Assembly (NCBI RefSeq): GCF_032191835.1
Contig: NC_083236.1
Location: forward strand, 39,618,001 to 39,682,000
Length of the DNA: 64,000 nucleotides
Origin: Heteronotia binoei
Lineage: Eukaryota
Direction of reading: 5' to 3'
The notes beneath the pieces were generated by a model, which searched no databases, had not been told where the DNA came from, and saw only the letters and a list, made by a program, of their open reading frames with translations. Positions 21,201-32,330 of the stretch are shown in pieces. The first letter of the stretch is position 1, and each line of letters starts with the position of its first letter. The position numbers and the translations under genes were made by a program.

Positions 21201-22798
21201 ATGGCGGCAAAAGTGCCAGACGACGGAGAGCCCACCACCCCAACGGAGGACCCGCCGCTCGACCCAAAAGTGACGGGGGTTCGGCGCAAAATTAAGGTCC
21301 CAGCGCCTTTCTCAGTCGACGCGTTCCCCGCCCCGCGAACCTGGAGCCCGCGGAAGTCCACGGCAGCAATCGACGCCGCGGAGCAACGGTACAGAAGCAT
21401 GTTGGGCGAAGGGGGAGCCGGAGACGGCGACGACGACCAGGCAGAGGGCCCGGAGCCCCGAGGGGGAGACGACCAGATCCGGACCCTCCGCAACGACTTA
21501 TTCGACTGGGTGCGGGAGATCCACGACGACGTACATCGGTCCCGCGTGACGATGGCCGAGGAGATGCAGCAGAACCTGGGCGCGATTTACGACCAGCTCC
21601 GCACTTTGCAAACTGCGGTCCTGGGGGTCCCGGTTGGAGGGCTACCACTGGGGCAACCGCCCGCAGCCCCGCCGGCTCCACCGGCCCCAGCCCCGCAGGC
21701 TCCGGCCGCCCCGGCCCCGCCGGCTCCGGCCGCCCCGGCGCCGCCGGCTCCGCCTGCCCCGGCGCCACCAGCTCCGCTGGCCCCGGCCCCGCCGGCCCCG
21801 GCTGCTCCGGCGCCACCGGCTCTGCCCGTTCCGGGGCCCCCGGCGCCACCCGCCCCGATCCTGCCGGCCCTACCGGGCCCAGCGCCACCGCCGGTGGCGC
21901 CTCGAGCCCCGGGGGGGGGGGGGGCGAGGGTCGAGGAAGAGAGTTGAAGATTACTTTCGATGGGAATCCCGAGGACGTGGAGTACTTTACAATACAGTGC
22001 GACACGTTCTTCACCCACTGGGGTGCAGATTACCCGACCGAAGCCAGCCAAGTGTACCACATCGCGTCCCGACTGAGAGGCTCGGCCCGCAAGTGGTACG
22101 TGGGGCTCTTCATGGGGAGAAAGCCCGAATTAGCTACCGTGGCGGGGTTCCTGCACGCGATGCTCCGCCAGTATGGCGATCCTCTACGGGAGGAGAAGGC
22201 TGTCGCCGCCCTTCAGTGCATAGAGCAAGGCAACCGCTCCACTCGCGAGTATGCCACCGAGTTCCTGGGGTACTGCGCAGCAGCGAGGGGATGGAACGAG
22301 GTCATGAAATATACCGCGTTCATCAATGGTCTGAACCCGAACATCCTCGACCGCTGCTACAGCCAAGGGAGGCCCGACACGTTGGTCGGATGGATCCAAC
22401 TGGCCGGAGAAGTGGAGACCAACCTCCAACACGTGGGGATGCGGCGACAGCAGCTGGCGAAGAAGGGGGCCAAACACACCCCGACTAAAACCGAAGGGCG
22501 GAAGACCCCGGCGACCTTAACCCCGTCTCCCGCCCGCAAGTGCTTCAAATGCGGAGACCCAGATCATCTCGCCGCCAACTGCCCAGTGAAAGCGGGGTCC
22601 ACCCCACCCACGGCGAAGCCAACCACCCCGGGGCCGAAAAAGAAAAAGAGCAGCCGCTCGAAGGAGCCCAGTCGGGGCTCCGTCGCCACTTCCTTGGCGA
22701 CTGATGAGGATTTTACCACCGACCTGGCGACAGTGGAAGAATCGACCGAGGAGTCGGACGACACCGAGTCGGCGGGAAACGACAGCGACCTGCTTTAA
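21201..22798 (+). CDS. gag: Gag (split by a frameshift at the G14 run 21911-21924)
   Basis: ORFs 21171-21947 and 21944-22798 join at the G run. The product has a Pro/Ala-rich linker, a capsid-like region (ITFDGNPEDV...) and the CCHC knuckle CFKCGDPDHLAANC at 22541-22582. Confidence 0.88.
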
Positions 22799-22836
22799 TG
22801 GGTGCCACAAAGCAGGTCCAACAACAGCCGGCACTC
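22774..22836 (+). promoter_or_regulatory. -1 programmed ribosomal frameshift signal (G GGA AAC plus H-type pseudoknot)
   Basis: Slippery heptamer in the gag frame, a 6-nt spacer, stem 1 GACCTGCTTT/AAAGCAGGTC and stem 2 GGGTGCC/GGCACTC. The -1 frame is open into pol. Confidence 0.85.
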
Positions 22837-25800
22837 CTCACGGTGAGAGCCTCGGGGGGTTTACTATTTATGGCCGTTACCCTCCTTAACCCTAACCTAA
22901 AGAGATTCATGCACGCCCGAGCGCTGATCGACTCAGGGTGTAACAGGGACCTGATCACCCCCCGCCTAGTTGAGGCGTTGGGATTAGCCACCTCACCCCT
23001 GCCACAACCGATGCAGTTCCAGCAGATGGACGGGGGTCCCATGAGGGGGGAGCCATGTACTTTAGAGACTCAGGCGGTCCCGGTAGGAACCGAGGAGCAT
23101 TGGGGGATTGAGACTTTCGTAATTGCCCCCTCTTGCTCTTTCGACGTGGTGGTAGGCTCGGCTTGGCTCGCCCGCCACCAACCAGACATAAGGTGGGAGG
23201 AACAAATCGTCCGGTTCCCGGATTGGAGGTGTGAGCACCACCACTGGTGCCCCGAATGGGGGCCGCACGCTCCCCCCCAAAACATGCGGGCTTGCCTCAC
23301 ACTCGAGGAAGTCGCCTCAATCCCCAAGGAGTACCGGGATCTAAGGCTAGCGTTTAGCGAGAAAGAAGCGGACGAGCTACCGCCCCACCGCCCTACGGAC
23401 TGTGCCATTGAGCTGATCCCAGGGCAGCAGCTTCCCAAGGCGAAACTGTACTCCATGGGTTGGGCGGAGAAAGCTGAACTCCGAAAGTTTTTGGACAAGA
23501 ATCTTAAGCGCGGCTTCATACGACCGGCCACAGCCCCCCATGCCGCCCCCGTCCTCTTCCGAAAGAAAAAGGACGGGTCTCTTAGACTTTGCACAGATTT
23601 TCGTGCGATAAACGGGATTTCCATGTCCAACGCCTACCCGATCCCGTTGATAAAGGATTTGTTGAACACCGTAGCAAAGGGGAAAGTATTTACCAAGCTT
23701 GATCTCCGAGACGCGTACTTCCGCGTCCGCATCAAGGAGGGGGACGAGTGGAAGACAGCCTTCAACACCCCTCTGGGACAGTTTGAGTACCTAGTTATGC
23801 CCTTCGGACTGCAAGGGGCCCCTGGTGTATTCATGAACTTTATCAATGAAGTGCTACGGGACTTCCTTTTTAAGGGGGTGGTGGTGTACCTTGATGACAT
23901 CATTATCTATTCACAAGATCTAAAGTCTCATGTGCCCCTGGTCAGAAAAGTGTTAAGCACCCTTTGCAAACACAAACTGTATGCCAAATTGTCGAAATGC
24001 GAGTTTCACAAGACCGAACTGGACTACTTGGGTTTCCGGGTGTCGGGGGAGGGATTGTCTATGGACCCCGCAAAGGTCCAAGCGGTGCTAGACTGGGAGC
24101 GCCCTCGAACCCGCAAACAATTACAAAGTTTTATCGGGTTCGCTAACTTTTACCGCGACTTCATTAAGGGGTTCGCCACAGTCATGCTCCCCCTCACGGA
24201 ACTCCTCAAAACCAAAGGGAAGGGTGACGAGGCGAAAAAGCCAGGCGCGCGCCTAACGTGGACGCCTGACTGCCAAAAAGCTTTCACTGAACTGAAACGC
24301 CTCTTCACATCTGAACCCGTGTTGGCTCATCCCGATGAACTGAAACCCTTCGTGGTCCAATGCGACGCCTCCGACGCCGCAGTGGGAGCCATATTAATGC
24401 AGAGAGGGGAAAATGGGGTGCTCCGACCATGTGCCTATATCTCAAGGAAATTTTCCAATGAACAGAGAAATTGGTCGGTCTGGGACAAAGAGGCGTTTGC
24501 AGTCATGTTTGCCCTAAAAACCTGGCGCTCCTGGCTTGAGGGAGCGAGAGTCCCCTTTGAAATCTGGACCGATCATAAAAACCTTGAAGCCCTCACCAGG
24601 CGCCGCAAAATGACTGCAAAACAAATCCGGTGGGCAGGCTTCTTTGCTAAATTTGACTTTGTGCTGAAACACATCCCAGGCTCAAAGAACTTTTTGGCAG
24701 ACGCCCTCTCTCGCATGCCACAACACGACAGTCTCCGGGAGGAGGTAGTGGACTCACTAATTTCCCCCTCAGCCATCTCGGGGGGGGGGGGGGTCACTAC
24801 CCGCTCCGGCAAGCAGACCAGCCCTCCGGATTCAGACCTGCTGCCTCGATTCCTCTCAGAATATAACCAGGAGGCTGACCGCCCACCTAACTTGGTTAAA
24901 GCCGAAAACGGGCTCTGGCTGCACAATGAAAAAATCTATGTGCCCACTCCTCTCAGAAAAGAAGTCTTGGAACGCTGCCACTCGAGTCGCCTGGCCGGCC
25001 ACTTTGGCTATGTCAAAACCCTCAACTTGCTCACCCGCCAGTTCTGGTGGCCAAAAATTAAAAAAGATGTGTCGGAATTTGTTCTTTCATGTCCCACCTG
25101 CCTCATGGCAAAACGAAGGGGGGGTAAACCCCCGGGCCACCTGGTTCCCCTCCCTACAGCCACCCGGCCTTGGTCGGTAGTCTCCATGGACTTCATTGTC
25201 GAACTCCCACCTTCACAGGGCAAAACAGTCATCCTGGTCGTAGTCGACACATTTTCAAAGCAAGCCCACTTCATCCCGTGCAAACAGCTCCCCCCCGGCC
25301 AAAAAACTCGCCCAGCTCTTTTTCACCCACATTGTACGCCTACACTCATTCCCAGACAAGGTCATTAGCGACCGCGGGACGCAGTTCGTTGCCAACTTCT
25401 GGCGGGAGTTCTGCAAACTTGCTGGCATCGAGCAAGGACTAAGCTCTGCCTACCACCCCCAGTCGGACGGACAGACGGAGAGGGTTAATGGTCTTCTGGA
25501 ACAGTACCTCCGCTGTTTCATTAATTTCCAACAGTCCAACTGGGTGGATCTCCTCCCTTTTGCAGAATATGGCTACAACAATAGCCTCCATAGCTCGACC
25601 AAAACCTCCCCTTTTCAAATTATCAATGGTTACGAGGGCAAGCCGTTTCCCACACTCGCCCTCCCTGCCAGCCCGTCCGAACCCACATCCTGCCAACAAT
25701 GGTGGGAGGGCCTTCGTGAAGGCTGGAAGGGTATTCAGGAAAACCTGGAGGAAGCGAAAAAAGCCTACAAAAAGCAGTTTGACAAAAAACACTCCCCAGA

Positions 25801-26266
25801 GTGGGACCTAAAGGTGGGGGATACAGTTTTCCTGTCGACAAAAAACCTTCCCCTTCCCCAGTCCTGCCGTAAACTCGCACTGAAGTTTCTTGGGCCTTTC
25901 AAAATAAAAAGGGTAATAAACAAAGTAACGGTGGAACTCGAACTACCCAAATCTCTAAGTAAGATCCATCCTGTTTTTCATTGCAGCTTGCTTCGGAAAG
26001 ACCCTGGTGCTACGTCCTTCCATCCCAGGGCCCCACCGCCCCCTCCGACGACAGTGAGGGGTCAGAGTCACCATGAAGTCCAGGAGATCCTGGACTCCAA
26101 AGTCAAACGGGGGAAACTGTATTATTTGATCAGGTGGAAACATTTCCCCCCGAGCTGTGACGAGTGGGTCGAATCTCAGAACGTAGCTGCTCCGCAACTG
26201 CTGAAAAAGTTTCACCTACTGTACCCGCACAAGCCCAAGGCTGGCCCCGCGGGAGGGGGCGCTTAG
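22798..26266 (+). CDS. pol: Pol: protease, RT, RNase H, integrase and chromodomain (one +1 frameshift at the C7 run 25290-25296)
   Basis: LIDSG, YLDD, RNase H motifs (CDASD, WTDHKNL), HHCC zinc finger, SMDF...SDRG...TERVN integrase core and C-terminal EVQEILDSK...YLIRWK...DEWV chromodomain (about 26069-26230). Confidence 0.93.
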
Positions 26267-26277
26267 GGGGGGCAGTA

Positions 26278-26763
26278 TGTCAGAACTTGTATCTTTACTG
26301 CTGGTTCCCTATAATGTGACCAATGCTGTATTGTACTTTTACTGTGGCTTAGAGCTGCTTTGTTACTGAACCAAACCGACTCTATGTTGTAACCCTTGCT
26401 TGACCCAAAGTGCTTGAATAGTAATTAACCTTGCCCCACTGGTATCCAAAATATTTGGGGCTGTAGAATGAGTTATGTTATGTCTCTGCACATTCTCACA
26501 CTGGGACCCTTTGAAGCCGAACAGCATGGCCTTCGGAGTAGGGAGGCATCCTCTCTACTGATAGTGATGGTGAGAAGACAGATGTGCCTGTAACGGTGTA
26601 AATTGTGGCTTTGTGAGATGTTTGCTTTACGTGTATAAAATTGAGCTGGTGCTGGCTCTCGCCATCACTGTTATCTTGCCTCTTCCAGTGCTTAGTTCTC
26701 TCCAATAAAATCCTAACTTTGTAACCAAGTATGGGATCCGTTTGAAGTTCTTAAGTTCTGACA
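26278..26763 (+). repeat. 3' LTR (486 bp)
   Basis: No difference from the 5' LTR found by eye. Confidence 0.97.
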
Positions 26764-27613
26764 AAGAGTCCACACACTTAACCACTACACCAAACTGGCT
26801 CTCTTTAGGATGCTGGGAGGGCAAAGATTTGGGCAGGTGATTATCAGTCACTTACTACTCTCCCATATGGTTAGTTCAACTTGCAGTTGTTATTTTTAAC
26901 TAGTTTATTAACCAGAGATTTTTTTTAAAGTACTGCTAGTTAGAACTGTACAAAATAAAAACCTTCTTGTGATATTTCATTAGACTTTCCCCTAGTCTTT
27001 CTGGAAATCCCTTAATGCTTCATGTGAGCTTCAAATGTGGGTTTTTTAAAAAATTGCTTTAGACAAGGCCAGGGCCCATCTAGTTATAAGAGTACCTCAC
27101 CTGAGAAATTCCACTAGTCTGTTTCTCTTTTCAAAACACATTTTGGTTTTACTGTTTGTAGCGAACTGTTATAACTCTAGTTCTGCTAATATTTATAGGT
27201 GTTTGGAGGATTTTATTCTCTTTCATTCTGTTTTCCTTGAAGGCGATTCCCAGCAACCAGAGACACTTAGCTATCACACTGCAGATGGCTATTAAAGAAT
27301 GCATTCAGTGAAGTTAAATCCATCAGGCCAAGTAATTCCCTATCCCTTTTGCAGTTCATTAGAAACTCTATTTTTAATTGGGGTTATAATATTTATTTGA
27401 TAATTCTCACCTGTTTGAGGATGCTATATTCCTTCAGTAATTTCTCAAGTGATTTTTTTGCTCGGTTTTGTCTATTCTCTTCAACTTAATTCTCTGATAT
27501 TGTATAGCAAGGGCTGTTGCTAACTTTTTTGTTTATTTTTAGTTGTATTGATTATATATTTATACCTTGCTCTGCTTGCCAAAAGGGGCCCCAAACAGCT
27601 TACAACAGTATCC

Positions 27614-28074
27614 TCTAGGTTTGCCAGGTCTGGCTCAAGAAATATCTATGGATTTTGGGGGTGCAGCCAGGAGACTTTGGGAGTTCTGGTCATCACATTA
27701 AAGGGACCGACACCTTTTAAATGCCTTTCCTCCTTTTGGAAATACTGAAGGATAAGGACACCTTCTTTGGGGCTCACAGAATTGGACCCCCTGGTCCAAT
27801 CGTTTTGAAACTTGGGAAGTGTTTTGAGGAGAGGCACTCGATACTTTGCTGAAAATTTGGTGCTTTGACCTAAAAAAAAAAGCCCTCCCAAGCCCCAGAT
27901 ACTCACAGATCAATTCTCCATTATACCCTATGGGAATTAATCTTTATAGGGTTTAATAGAGTGCCCAGCAAACATTTCCCTCCCCCCCCACCTCTGCTTT
28001 TTGATGACCCTGAAGTGGAGGAGGGCCTCCAAACCAGGAGATCCCCTGTTCTCAACTGGGAATTGGCAATCCTA
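27614..28074. mobile_element. Non-autonomous TIR element (TAGGGTTGCCA-type)
   Basis: CTAGGTTTGCCA ... TGGCAATCCTAG termini. Homologous to 14230-15200. Confidence 0.6.
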
Positions 28075-28142
28075 GCATCCTGCTCTCCTAGCATTTTATC
28101 CTCACATTAACCATCCCATGGTGCAGGTTAGGCAGACACACA

Positions 28143-28406
28143 GACTGATTTTGCACTCAGCTTACCCCGCTGTCATGTTCCACTTCTCCATGCAACATCC
28201 TTCTGATTTCCCACTATCTGCTCTGGAGCTGCAGGAAACATTGCAGCTTTTGTGGGGCAAATGGAAACCACTAAAAACCAGTTTCCATTTGCTCCATGAA
28301 AACCAAGATGTTTCCTGCAGCTCCAGAGCAGATAGTGGGAAATCCAAAGAAAGCTGCGCGGAGAAGAGGAACGTGACAGTGAGGTAAGCTGAGTGCAAAA
28401 TTGGTC
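28143..28406. mobile_element. 264-bp hairpin MITE inserted into a CORE/MIR-like SINE
   Basis: Nearly the whole element is self-complementary (ATTTTGCACTCAGCTTACC / GGTAAGCTGAGTGCAAAAT and inner arms). Possible ACA TSD. The flanks rejoin into a SINE. Confidence 0.7.
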
Positions 28407-29639
28407 ACAGTCACTTGGCCCTAGGTCACCTAGTGATCATCTATGCCACAGTAAAGATTCAAACCAGGGCCTTCCAGATCCTAGTCCAGTGGTCTAACCA
28501 CTTATTCCACACAGGCTCTTTCCAGCATTTGGATGTCACTTTGCCTGAAAGAGGGGTAAGAAATTCTCCCTTCCTCTTTGCTTCAATAGACAAATTAAAC
28601 CATAAAGCACCATTCTAACCCCCACCTTCCAAAGTGCAGCCGTAAATACAGTTGCCATAGCATTTAAAGATCAAGCATGCATTTCAGAGGGTTGGGAATT
28701 TGCTTGTTCTCCTGTCAGATGTGAATTTATCTTTTGCCAGTTTGAATATATGCTACCAGCATGGGAGAGCAATGATTCAATATGTGGGGAAATATATCAC
28801 ATAATGGCTGCAGTGTTTGTTAGCTGAAAAGCACAGCCGGTTGCAGCATGATGGGGGCTTGGTTGTAAATCTCTGTTTAATAACAGTTACTGAATGGAGC
28901 AAGCCATGGTTTATATACTTTCATTGCATTGCTTCCTGCTTTTTGCATGAATCATGGCTAAGTAAAGGCTGTAGCTCACCAGACTTAAAAGTCATGCTTT
29001 AAATTTCAGTGTTGCAACAACAATTTGAGTGGACAGGTCATTATGACCTCACGTGAAGCATATTCAAAGAATGGAGAAGCTATCTGTAATCACAGGCCTG
29101 AAAGCTTTAATAGCCATAGGAGTTTGTCATTTACTTGGAGCTAGGCTACGCTAGGCAGATGCAGCCAAAAGCAACATCTAAAAATGATGAAGGATGACAC
29201 AGGGTTTGTCAGCTGAATGAGTTAAAATGATGATCTGATTTAAAAAAAAAAAATCTTCAAAGACCGTTGGGAAATTCTTTAATTGGAGGGGATAGTATTT
29301 TCCTGATATGCAAAAGATTTGAAGTTCATTCCCTAGCATCTCCAGTTGAAAGAATCAGGTATTATTTAATATGAAAGAACTTGACCCGAGACTGTGGACA
29401 GCCATAGTCTGAGTAGATAATACCGACACTGATGATCTGTTTTAGTATAAGGCAGCTTCAATTGCTCATATGTCTTGGACCATTGTTATTTATTTATTAT
29501 TACTATTATTGTTATTCAGAGAGTGGCCTGCTTGCTAACAAACAATATAATATAATAAACCTACAACAATAGAACAACAGAGTATTAATCTGTCCGGACA
29601 ACTTCAAGCATTCCTGAATGAAGTGAATTGTTTGCATCC

Positions 29640-30720
29640 TTTCCAATCTCATATCATGCCTGTTTATGGGACTGAAAAAAGCATTGTCACCCTGGTGAAT
29701 GACCTGCAGTGGGAGATAGAGGGAATATAATTGTGTTGGTTCTCCTTGACCTCTCAGTGGCTTTTTATGTAATCCATCATGGTATCCTTCTGGACTGCCT
29801 TTCCAACCTATGACTAGGAGGCTCCATTTTGCACCATTTCCCCAGGTCCTACCTGGAGAACAGGTTTCAGAAGGTGGTTCCACCTTGTCCCATACAGGTC
29901 TCTCTTACATTTCCGGCTGATTCCAGGGAGGCTACAAAAACCCTGAACTGGTGCTTGAAGTTAATTTAGGATTGAATGTGAACTAAAAAAACCTGAATCT
30001 TAATCGTGACAAAATAAAAATGCTGCTGGTGAACAAAAGCGCTGACATTAAGGTGTCATATTCTGGACAAGGTTGAAATCCTTTTGAAGGAACAGATCTG
30101 TAGTTTGGAGGTACCCTTGAACCCAGACCTCCTGTTAGAAAAACAAGTGGCCAGAAGTGACTTTTACTTGTTTCAATGGGCTAACCAGCTGCAGTTCTTC
30201 CTGGCCACTGTGGTTCATATCCTGGTGGTGTCTAGGTTTGAATTGTGCAGTGCACTTTACATGGAGCTGGTGCTGACCTTGGCCTTCAAAGCTGTATATG
30301 ACTTGGGACCAGCATACCTGAAGAACCACCTAAGCCTTTATGAACCCACCTAAATGTTACAGTTATCTTCAAATGCCCAGCTGAGGATCACCACTTTCTG
30401 AGATCAGGCAAGTAAAAACTTGTCAGACAACATTCTCTGCTGTGACATCAAAATGGTGAGTTCTCTCCCTAGAAAGACTTGCCTGGCCCCTCTTGCTGCT
30501 GTCTTTTCACCAGCAGATAAAGACCTTTTTGTTTTGCCTTCACAGTCTTATCTATGTGTATTTTATTGTACCATATGTGCATTTTAGCTTGGTTTTAAGT
30601 CTTATGATGTGTATTTGTTAGGTTTTAATGGTTTTCAAGGTGTATTGTATTGTGTATGTTTTTTATCTGTTAGCCATTTTGATGGCCCCGATGGAGGCAG
30701 AAAAGCAAGGTATAATTTTG
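29640..30720 (+). mobile_element. L2/CR1-clade LINE fragment (degenerate RT and 3' end)
   Basis: Remnants of GTEKAL.TLVNDL, LVLLDLS.AF..I.HGILL and LVLTLAFKA.YDLGPAYLK. Confidence 0.7.
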
Positions 30721-30960
30721 CAAACAAAACAATCTACCATTGATGGTAGTCATATTAGTTATTTAACACATTATTTTTTCAGAGGTAAAATTTTCGGTGC
30801 TATTCTCTGCCTCCAATAAACCAGATAAAATTTGCTATCCTTTGCTATAGAACATAACAGAGAGATGAACAGTTCAACACATGTTGATTTGGTGTGATTC
30901 TATTCTCAGGGCTGGATCCAAACAGCTTTTTCACAAACCAGATTATTGTAAATCATGCTT

Positions 30961-31195
30961 GAGAGCCAGTTTGGTTAAGTGTGCAGACTCTTATCTGGGA
31001 GAACCAGGTTTGATTCCCCACTCCTCCACTTACAACTGCTGGAATGGCCTTGGGTCAGCTTCTGGGCACAGCTCTCTCAACCCCACCTACTTTACAGGGT
31101 GTTTGTTGTAGGGGAGGAGGGTAAAGGAGATTGTGAGTCGCTCTGAGACTGTGAGATTCAGAGTGGAGAGCAGGATACAAAACCAATATCTTCCT
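30961..31195 (+). mobile_element. tRNA-derived squamate SINE
   Basis: Same head and tail as 13941-14212. Confidence 0.8.
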
Positions 31196-32048
31196 CTATA
31201 CCATTTTTATTGGATTGTTGCCTTTAAAAAAATAGTCTCTTGTTCCATTTTGACTGCATGTCTTGGGCTGTTTCTATTGCACTGGGCTAGATCCAGCACA
31301 GTATTTCTGCTTGCACTAGCACTTTTGTGTGGCAGAAACACAAGGAAAAGGCCACAGTAACCATTTGAACTAAGTGAAGCTTATTGTACTCTCACTTGTG
31401 TTCCCATTTGCACATGTTCTTGTGCAATCAATTTAGCAGTCTTGTGCAATTAGTAATAATATAGTGAGGAAAGTAGTAGGTGTTACCCAAGATCTTCTGC
31501 AAGTGAAACTGCATGTCTATTGATACTTCCATTTGCTCAGCACTGGATTCAGGCCAGTGTTTTTAAATTTTGTAATCCACCTCAAGACTCAGTAAATATG
31601 GCAAATTATAAATACCGCCCCCCTCCTTACAACAGCCTCATTTTGTATGATTTGTGATACTGAGAGGCGCTGCCTATTAATACGAAGCAGCCCGATACCT
31701 AGAGAGAGAGAGGGGCTCCTATTTCTGGAAACAAAATGGAGTCTAACCAGAAACAGGACAAAAAAAATACTCTGAACAAAATGGAGTAGACCTGTTAGTG
31801 AGTTTGTTCTGGTTACCACCTGAAGGCTGCCTCTCAGTGCAACCCCACCCAGTTCCTCTCCCCTTCGCCCTAACAGAATGCATAATAACAATGGGGACTG
31901 CTGGTAAGTATTGCTCACACTCTAATCTTCTACTACTGATCAATAGCCTCTCCCTTCTACCCATCCTCCCCAGCCAGCCACTTCTATTTACTCCCCTGAT
32001 TGGACCCACCCTGTCTTTCAAAGTCTTTGTCTATCTTAGAAGGTTTCT

Positions 32049-32330
32049 AAGAGCAAGTTTGGTGTAGCGGTTAAGTGAGCAGACTCTTATCTGGGAGGAC
32101 CAGGTTTGATTCCCCACTCCTCCACTTGCACCTGCTAGCATGGCCTTGGGTCAGCCATAGCTCTGGCAGAGGTTGTCCTTGAAAGGGCAGCTGCTGTGAG
32201 AGCCCTCTCCAGCCCCACCCACCTCACAGGGTGTCTGTTGTGGGGGAGGAAGGTAAAGGAGTTTGTGAGCCGCTCTGATAGTCTTCGGAGTGGAGGGCGG
32301 GATATAAATCCAATATCGTCTTCTTCTTCC
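32049..32330 (+). mobile_element. tRNA-derived squamate SINE
   Basis: A box, B box and a (TCT)n tail. Confidence 0.85.

Larger units (their letters stand above)
20661..26763 (+). mobile_element. Full-length Ty3/Gypsy chromovirus (Tf1/sushi group)
   Basis: Two 486-bp TG...CA LTRs, a 5-bp TSD AAGAG (20656-20660, 26764-26768), gag-PR-RT-RH-IN-chromodomain order and a PPT at 26265-26272. Confidence 0.97.
20412..26803 (-). mobile_element. tRNA-derived SINE split by the LTR retrotransposon (20412-20660 plus 26769-26803)
   Basis: GTTCTCCCAGATAAGAG | TCCACACACTTAACCACTACACCAAACTGGCTCTC rejoins into an intact SINE head. Confidence 0.85.

Noticed and set aside
21911-21924. G14 run as a programmed frameshift inside gag
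   Set aside because: It is not a typical slippery heptamer and has no evident stimulator. A homopolymer indel or sequencing error is simpler, and a canonical signal exists at 22774.
21176-22834. Long alternative-frame and antisense ORFs over chromovirus gag (for example 21292-22014, 21634-22488)
   Set aside because: They are shadows of the GC-rich Pro/Ala repeat and gag codon bias.
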